Shown here: piece by piece, positions 53,123-62,700 of the stretch
Position numbering within the stretch: the stretch's first letter is position 1
Layout of the letters: the number at the start of each line of letters is the position of its first letter
Notes under the pieces: generated by a model
Seen by the model: only the letters and a program-made list of their open reading frames with translations
The model's database searches: none
Told to the model about the DNA's origin: nothing
Origin: Octopus bimaculoides
Lineage: Eukaryota
Assembly (NCBI RefSeq): GCF_001194135.2
Contig: NC_068989.1
Span: 56,254,518 to 56,318,517, forward strand
Length of the DNA stretch: 64,000 bases
Reading direction: 5' to 3'
Program-made: the position numbers and the translations under genes

Positions 53123-55483
53123 CATATATATTCATCATCACTATCCTCATTGTTTAACATCCATTCCTCAAAAACCGTGTGGTTAGCAAGAGAAATGTGA
53201 TCCAGCTGTAAAACTAAATGTTCTGGTGACAACCAACAGTGTTCCATACTAACATGGAGGTTAAAAAAAAGAGTTACAATACAGTTTATTAAAAAAAAGA
53301 AAAAAGAAATACATAGAATATAATTTACCTGGAGTAGAACGCTTTCAGCCTCCTCTAATGAACAACTGTCACATGTTAAATAAAGATAATAGCGAGGCAA
53401 CCAGTAGCAGAAAAGGTGCAGAAATCCTAGAGAAAGCACTGTCAGAATCCAGTAGAAAAACTTCTTTGTTTTGTTAAGGCGGTACCCAATAATTTCCTGA
53501 AATAAATATAGTACTGGAATGAAAAATTCTGAAAAAGTAGCAATAGATGAAATTAACAACTGAGATTTTACTATAAATCATCGTAGATATTACAAACACC
53601 AGTTTGAGAGAGAAAAAAGAGAGCAGTTCATGAATGGGACTCAAACTACATGTGAATTATATGCTGAGTGACCATGTTCTTGATTATGTTGTAGAGGGTT
53701 AAGTGGCTGATGAATTATCTGGAGAAGATAATGAAGAACAAATTAAAGATAGAAAGGAGAGAAGAGTGTTCTCTGTTATGTTTTCAGTAATGCGGTCTGC
53801 TAGCAAAAGATAGGTACATCACTTGAATAAGGTCAGTAAGTGGTAGTACCCAATGACCAAAACAAACTGCAAATATAGCTGTGACCAAAGAATGCAACCA
53901 GACTCACTCATAGTTCATTCTGTCTCCTCGTGTTCTGTCTTCGACCAGCCTAACTCTGGTCTCTCTCTCTCTCTCTCTCACACTCTCAGTTTCTTTAACC
54001 ACTTGCTTCTCCTAACACTTTACCTCCACTCCTTCCACCCCACCCTATATAAACTAGCTCATTCAGATTCCTCTACCTTGTATTTTAATACCCCACCACA
54101 TGGAATAGAAACCAGAAGATGTTCAGATAAGCAACTTGTTTTCCAACCTAGCACACATCTAAAACCTCTTTTCAGGTAGCAAAAGCCAAAGTCTTAATAA
54201 GTAGGAAGGCAGACAAATCACAAATCCCTTCAAGTAGATGGCCCTGCTTGATCTGTAGAAAAGGCGTAGGTAGAAACTCCATAAGATGTACCTGGTGTAA
54301 GCTATGGACACATAAGAGGTGCAGCAATATCAAAGGAAGGCTAACTGGGAGGATAGTTTTTGTGTGTGGCAAATGCTCAGAGGCAATAAACACTGAAAAT
54401 GTGCAGAAAACAGTTTCCGTCACATGCCACGGGGAAAAACTAGTACTAGTTGATAGCTTCTGTTACCTAGGTGACCAAGTCAGTAGCGGGGTTGGATGCT
54501 TTGAGAGTGCAGCTGCTAAAATAAGAATAGCCTGGGCAAAGTTCAGAGAGCTCCTATCTCTGCTGGTGATAAAGGGCCTCTCGCTCAGAGTAAAAGGTAG
54601 ACTGTATGACACATGTGTGTGAACAACCATGCTACATGGCAGTGTAACATGGGCCGTGACTGCTGGGGACATGCTCGCAAAGAATGAAGCTAGTATGCTC
54701 TACTGGATATGTAATGTCAGTATGTATACACGACAGAGTGTAAGTGCCCTGAGAGAAAAGTTGGACTTAAGAAGCATCAGATGTGTGCAAGAGAGATGAC
54801 TGCACTGGTATGGTCATGTGTTGCATATGGATGAGGACAGCTGCGTGAAAAAGTGTCACACCTTAGCAGTAGAGGGAACCTGTAGAAGAGGTAGACCCAG
54901 GAAGACCTGGGATGAGGTGGTTGAAGCACCACCTTCGAACGTTGGGCCTCACTGAGGCAATGACAAGTGACTGAGACCTTTGGAGATATGTTGTGCTTGA
55001 GAAGACCTGGCAAGCCAAGTGAGACCATAACTGTGGCCTATACCAGTGCAGCATAACCGGCCCATCTAAGATTACTCTTCAATCATTGGGCAATAAACTG
55101 TGCTTGTGAAGACCGGTTGAGTCAAGTGAAGCCATTGGTGTGGCCAATGACAGTACCACCTGATTGGCACCCATGCCAGTGGCACGTAAAAAGCACCATT
55201 TGAGCGTGGTTGTTGCCAGTGCCGCCTGACTGGCTCCCATGCCGGTGGCACATAAAAAGCACCATTCAAGCGTGGTTGATGCCAGTACCACCTCACTGGG
55301 CCTCATGCCCGTAGCACGTAAAAAGCACCCACTACACTCCCGGAGTGGTTGGCATTAGGAAGGGCATCCAGCTGTAGAAACTCTGCCAGATGAGATTGGA
55401 GCCCAGTGCAGCCTTCTGGCTTGCCAGCCCTCAGTCAAACTGTCCAACCCATGCCAGCATGGAAAACAGACGTTAAACGACGA

Positions 55484-55525
<42 letters not shown>

Positions 55526-56265
55526 GGATATAGCTGTGTGGTTGAGAAGCTTGCTTTCCAACCATGTAGTTTCAGGTTCAGTCCCACTGTGTGGCACCTT
55601 GGGCAAGTGTCTTCTGCTATAACCTCAAACCAACCAGTGCTTTGTGAGTGAATTTGGAAGACAAACTTAAAGAAGACCATCATGTGCATGTGTGTACCTG
55701 TGTTTGTCCCCTCCACCATCACTTGACAACTGATATTGGTGTGTTTATGTCCTTGTAACTTAGCAATTCAGCAAAAGAGAGTGATAGCATAAGAACTACG
55801 CTTGCAAAAAATAAGTCCTGCAGTTGATTTCTTCGATTAAAACTCTTTAAGGCAGTGCTCCAGCATGGCCACAGTCTAATGACTGAAACAAGTAACAAAA
55901 TATAACCATTGCATTTGACAGAGTAATTTGAATGCCAAATGGTTAACACACCTAATATGTCTTGTTCTGCACAATGGAGTAAAATATCAAAATAATACCT
56001 AATTCAAAATTATCACATATCTTCGTGTTCAAAAAGACAATTCATATTTCAATATCCATCAGCCTTGTATTCACAATAAACACATAGTATTCATCATCAT
56101 AATCATCATTTAACATCCTCTTTTCCCATGCTTGCATGGGTCAGACAGAATTTGCTGAGGCAGATTTCTAACAGCTGGATGCCCTTCCTGTTGCCTACCT
56201 TCATCTGTTTCCAAGCATATATCCATGTGTATATACATATATATATATTCCAAGCTATATCCATG

Positions 56266-56302
<37 letters not shown>

Positions 56303-56349
56303 NNNNNNNNNNNNNNNNNNNNNNNNNNNNNNNNNNNNNNNNNNNNNNN

Positions 56350-56386
<37 letters not shown>

Positions 56387-59300
56387 TTTTTTCCCCCATA
56401 GCTAGACATGTTTTTCACAAAACAACCTTGCTTGTATGGTAATGATGCTCATTTACTACCATTCATCATGTAGTGCATAGGAAAGGGCACACACAAACAC
56501 ACATATACATATGTGCATGTATGCAAGTGTGTGTGTATATGTGCGTGCGTATGTGTGCACGAGCACACATGCACCAAATCCACTCACAAGACTTTGGTCA
56601 TCCTGAGACTATAGCAGAAGTCACTTACCCAAAGTACCATGCAGTGGGACTGAACTCAAGACCACAAGATTTGGAAGCAAGCTTCTTAACCACATAGCCA
56701 TGCCTGCACCTAATACTATGTATTAATATTAGTTTCCATTTAATCAAATTTATATATTTGTTGGTGTGTGTGTATAAGGGGTGGGGGTCACCTATGTTAG
56801 TAAGATTACAGACAGATGATTAATGTTTCAGTAGTTATAATCAGTGTGGAAAGCCTGTCGTTTTATATTATTTAAAATCAATATCATTTAAAAATCAATA
56901 TTTGTCTCACTAAGACAAAACATTAAGTTTCCGGCAAATCTAGTCTATAACCTAGTTTCAAATCATAGTTGAGAGCAAGACATAATGAAACATAGCGATC
57001 TTGTTCCTGAAGATGATATAGAGTTATGCAATATTGTAGACACAAGATCTGTCCTCCACAACAGAATTGTTAATGCCGCTCCCCGCCACTAAAGGTGATT
57101 GGTCTGTGAGAGCCCTGCGTTGGTGCCACATAAAAAGTACCCATGCTGGCACCAAGTAAAAGCACCCAACACACCCTGTAAAGTGGTCGGTGTTAGGAAG
57201 AGCGTCTGGCAGTAGAAACCAAGCCAAATCAAACTGGAACCTGATATAGCTTGCTGGCTCTGGTCTTGCTTGCTGGTTCTGGTCAAACAGTCCAACCCAT
57301 GCCAGCATGTAAAATGGACATTAATTGATGATGATGATGATGATAGTGAGAAATCATGCAACATATCAAGGACATGTAAACAAATAACACCCTTCTGAGA
57401 AGCCATTGTTTACATACAGCCAACACACACAAAGAGTAGGGAAAATATGAACTTACACTTGTTATAGATATAGCTGTCGTGCTTTATAGTATATAATGTT
57501 GTATAGTTAAACACACATGTTGTAGTCATGTATATTTATATATACGAATTGTATTGTTATGTTACCAGTTATATATTTAAATTGATACAAGGTACATACT
57601 ATATGCATAGAAATATTTTGTTAACTCTCGGAGTGGTTGGCGTTAGGAAGGGCATCCAGCTGTAGAAACTCTGCCAAATTAGATTGGAGCCTGGTGTTGC
57701 CATCCGGTCTCACCAGTCCTCAGTCAAATTGTCCAACCCATGCCAGCATGGAAAGCGGACGTTAAACGATGATGATGATGATGATGATACTAGTTGCGCA
57801 CATATACATATACCAAAATATTGCTTTATAATTTTATACATGTTACAAAATTCACTTTGGAAATACATAGTAAAGGGTTTGCTCCTACTGCAAGAATATT
57901 GTTAGGTGCAGGAGTGTGCTTACCAACCACATGGTTCCGGGTTCAGCCCCACTGTGTGGCACCTTGGGCAAGTGTCTTCTACTATAGCCTCGGGCTGACC
58001 AAAGCCTTGTGAGTGGATTTGATAGGCGGAAACTGAAAGAAGCCCATCGTGTATTTAAATATATGTATGTATATGTTTGTACGTCTGTGTTTGTTCCCCC
58101 ACCATCGCTTGACAACCGATGCTGGTGTGTTTACATCCCCATAACTTAGCAGTTCGGCAAAAGAGACTGATAGAATAAGTACTAGGCTTAAAAAGAATAA
58201 GCCCTGGGGTTTGATTTGTTTGACTAAAGGTGGTGCTCCAGTATGGCCACAGTCAAATGACTGAGGCAACTAAAAGAATACTATACTATATATAGTATAC
58301 TATATATAGTATAGTATAGCCATGGGTTGAGCAATACCTTCTGAGTGAAATTGGTAGACAGATATATATCTACATCAAACATGGTCATCATCATTTTATG
58401 ACTGCTTTCCATGCTGGTGTGGGCTGGACAGTTCAACAGAGAAATAGCAAGCTGCAAGGCTTTTTTGAGCTCCAATGTCATCTGTCTGTTTGTCTACCTC
58501 TCTCTCTCTCTCTCCATACATTGAAAATTATAAACTTAAGCTTATAAGCATTCACTGTATATTGGTTATAGAAAATAGTTTAATATTGGGACATATAAAC
58601 CCTTGACAAAAAAAAAATGGATATTAATACTTGTGGGAATCGAACCAGCACTTATGAAAATAAGAGGTGTGGGTTCAATTCCAACATGTACTAATAACCT
58701 TTTTTTTTCTGTCAAGAGCTTATATGACCTAATATTAAACTATTTTCTATAGCCAATACATGGTGAATGCTTATAAGCGTAAGCTTATAATTATATTTAC
58801 AGAATTTTCATTCATAACCATTTCTCAACTTATATAGAACACACACATACATATATATTATACATGAATGTATGTATATGTGTCTTGCATGCATACATTT
58901 CTGTGAATGAGTTCATATTTTTTGCTTTGTTATTATGTGCATTTGCTGTTTGTAAACAAAACAACAGCCTCACTACCTATACAGGCCATGTTGTATGCTT
59001 GCAGTCAACCATGAAAGCACAACTGGGTTTCTTACACTGAACTGACATGTTGCATGATCTTTCTAAACAAAAGGGTTTGTAACTGTAGTAACGCCGTGCG
59101 CATGCGTAGTCTCACGCATGCGTAGAATTAAACAACCAAGCGTTCCCGCTCAATTCATTCTCTTTCTTGCTGGCCAGCGATTGAGCATGGACGTGTTTTT
59201 GCTGTCTCTCACCATCTTTCGGACTTACACTCGACAGCTCGCTTACACCTACATAACAACGTCCCAACAACTATGCTCACACAATCAGAAGCTGTAACAA

Positions 59301-59737
59301 CAAGAGCTAAAGATGTATATATTTACCAACTGAATAAATGTTGTTTAAGTTGATAGTCTGGAGTTCAGCGTTCCGTTTATATTCTTAATTTTATATAGGA
59401 AAGTCAGGTATACATCTAATGATGTATAACCAACTTTCCTATATAACTATGCTCAAATCATTCACTTTTTGACTGACTTGCCTGGAAACGGGTGAGGGTT
59501 AGTGGCAAGAAGGACATCTGGCCATAGAAAAATCTGTCTTGACAAATTCCATGTCTTATGTGAGCATAGGAAAGTGAATGTTAAAACCGATAAATCATCA
59601 TCATCATTTGTTCATGCTGGTATGGGTTGGACCATTTGACCAGAGTTGGCAAACCAGAGAGCTGCACCAGACTCCAGTCTGATTTAGCATGATTTCTATG
59701 GTTGGATGTCCTTTCTAATGGACATATATATGCTCCA

Positions 59738-59781
<44 letters not shown>

Positions 59782-62700
59782 TGTTGTAGACATAGCTATG
59801 TCATGTTTTAGTCATACCATGTTGTATAGTTATATACACAAATTCCAACAGCCCTATGCAAGCGTGGAAAAGTAAATGTTAAAACAATGGTGACAGTATA
59901 GACTTTGTTAAGCAAAACATTAAAATTAATCACAAATGAGAATGTATTAAAGTGTTGTTTATTCTGTGTTAATCATCTACAATGTGAGAGAGGACTTCAT
60001 CTGCCATTCAATCCTAGGCGTTGTTTGTCACCTAACTGGAAGTCCCTTTTCTGCTGACCTGTTCAATAACTAGTCTGTAGTAAAGGTCCTCCTCAGCTAC
60101 AGTCCGTCTCTTATGAGTTCATAGGCAATGAACTACAATAGTTATATGTACCTGTTGTAGACATAGCTATGTCATGTTTTACAGTTATATAACATTGTAA
60201 AGATATATATACACACACACACACACACACTTTATGGATATAATGTTGTGACATTATATGTACCTACATATTGTAGACCAGGATATGTCAAGTTATACTG
60301 TAAGGTTATATAGCATATATTTAACTGGATACTAATCTTAATAATGAAATTCTTGACAACCAAAGCCATTTTGACACTGAAGAGTTCTAAAGAAGAACAA
60401 TAATACAAGGAAGGAGTTGAACAAAAAAGAAATATTTTATTGAAGTCGTCCTAGAGTTTTGGTCATAAAATGTGTGTGTTTATTCACCGCCCTATTGACT
60501 AGTACAATGATTGAATAGAGTGGTATGTGACTAATGAACACAGAATTAGCCAGTCTCATACACAAACAGATAATAACAGTAATTAATCTGTCAGTAAATG
60601 AACAGCTGCTCTGGGTTTCTCGTTAATAACATTTGTTGAACTTTTTAAATAAATATATCGTGAAGATGATGATGATGATGAACTAACAACAATAAAAAGT
60701 GCAAATATTCTGTAATAGAGAGGAAAGGTTTTAATGTGTCTACAACATGGTACAAGGGCTTATTTTGCAGCCTTTAATACATTATCAGAAGGGAGATTTT
60801 TAGTTAGAATATCTTCTCAAATAAAATGTTGGATAAAACGACTTGCAGTATTTGATCTGGAGCTTTGCATTATGAGTTCAAATCCCAGCAAGTTAAACTT
60901 TGCTTAACTGGTACTTATTTTATCAACCCCACCAAAAGGATGAAAGGCAAAGCTGAACTCAGTGGAATCTAAATTCAGAATATAAAGATGGACAAAATGC
61001 CACTAAGCATTCTGCCTGGCGTGCCAACAATCCTGTTAACTTGCCCACCTTGGAGATCCCATAATATTGATTTCAAATTTTGGCACAAAGCAAGTTCAAG
61101 AAAGGGGTTAAGTCAATTACATCGATCCCAGTATTTCACTGGTACTTATTTTATTAAACCCAAATGGATGAAAGGCAAAGCTGACCTCAGTGGAATTTGA
61201 ACTCAGAATATAAAGATGGACGAAATGCCACTAAGCATTTTGCCCAGCATGCTAATGATTCTGCCAGCTTGCTGCCTTAGTGATTTCATATTATTAATGT
61301 GACATGATAATACATATGTGACTTTTTCTGTTCAGGTTTTCGATATTTTATTCATAGTGAAATTTTATTCATAGTGAAATTTTATTCATAAAAATGCAAA
61401 AGTATTAAAACTGAAGAATAATTAAAACCGTAGATTACAAAAGCCAAAGATTAAGATTGTTGGGCACAGCAATTTCTTTGTGTTCTTTACTAGGTTAAGA
61501 TGTTGTACTTCTGCCATACCTAAGAGAAAGATAAGTACCACTTATAGTCTAGATGTTTGTGTGTTAAAAATAGCATTTGAGCTCCCTTGTTTGTTACAAA
61601 CTCAAACATTTCTAGAACTCTTCATGACAAATGTAAGATCGCTAAACAAATAAACATTTTTATATAATATTGTAGGAGATAAGTAATTCATTATCATGAG
61701 AGAGAAGGGTGGGGGCAGGGGTAAATACTGGTATAGTAAACAGCTTCTCTTAGAGTTGTCTTGACACATTACAATCCTGCTCCATAGTTTGGTTAGAGGC
61801 AGGGGTGGGAGGAGATATTTAAAGATTTACTTGAGTCATATGAACTTCTATTGTTTCAACTAATGAATAAAAACCTTAACTTGGGGACGTCTCAACTATA
61901 TTTTTTTTTATCTATAAACCCCTTTGATCACTATTTTATTCAGGTGGACCACCATAGCTGTTTTTTGCTTCAAAACTAGTTTTATAGAAACTTCTTTCAA
62001 ACTTCCTATTTTGTTTTTCACTCATTAACTTGTTTAAGTTGAACTAAGCAAAACTCAACAAAGAAACCTAGCTGTTTCTTGCAATATATACTGATACATA
62101 CATCTAAAGCAAAATATTTTCAGGGCCCTTAGAGTATTATTGTGGATCCCTAATTTTACTATTTTGTCGAGTGGACTCCACAAAAATCTTATATGAACTC
62201 TCTGGAGCCATATGGGCTTTGATTAGCAACCCAGCTAAGACCATTCCTGGTTCTATGATACAAACTAACAGTTTTAGTGATCTAAATTGGAACTTTCTGT
62301 CAAAATCACATGTTATTTTATGTTCTAAACAAACAGCAACTTAATAGTGACAAAGCTATTTTACTAAATTCTTTATTATTTGCAAAATTAATTAAAACAA
62401 AGGCAGTACATTTCAACAGAAATATGGTAATTGATCTAACTACTCCTGGCTATGAATATAAAAACTATATCCCTCTGCCAAACCATGTTGAGCCAGTGTG
62501 ACAGTGTAGGCTCATCAAACCAATATAATCTCAAGCTCAAATTTTCAGTCTCCACATGGTTAGTGGAGAGAACATGCTGAGGCCCTCGTCCTGCACATGG
62601 ACAATCAAATCCTAAAGCATCAGTATATGGTGTTCATATTTCCAAGAGATATTAAAAATATGGTGTTTCTAACAAAAGTCACCAGGGATAGTAAAATCTA

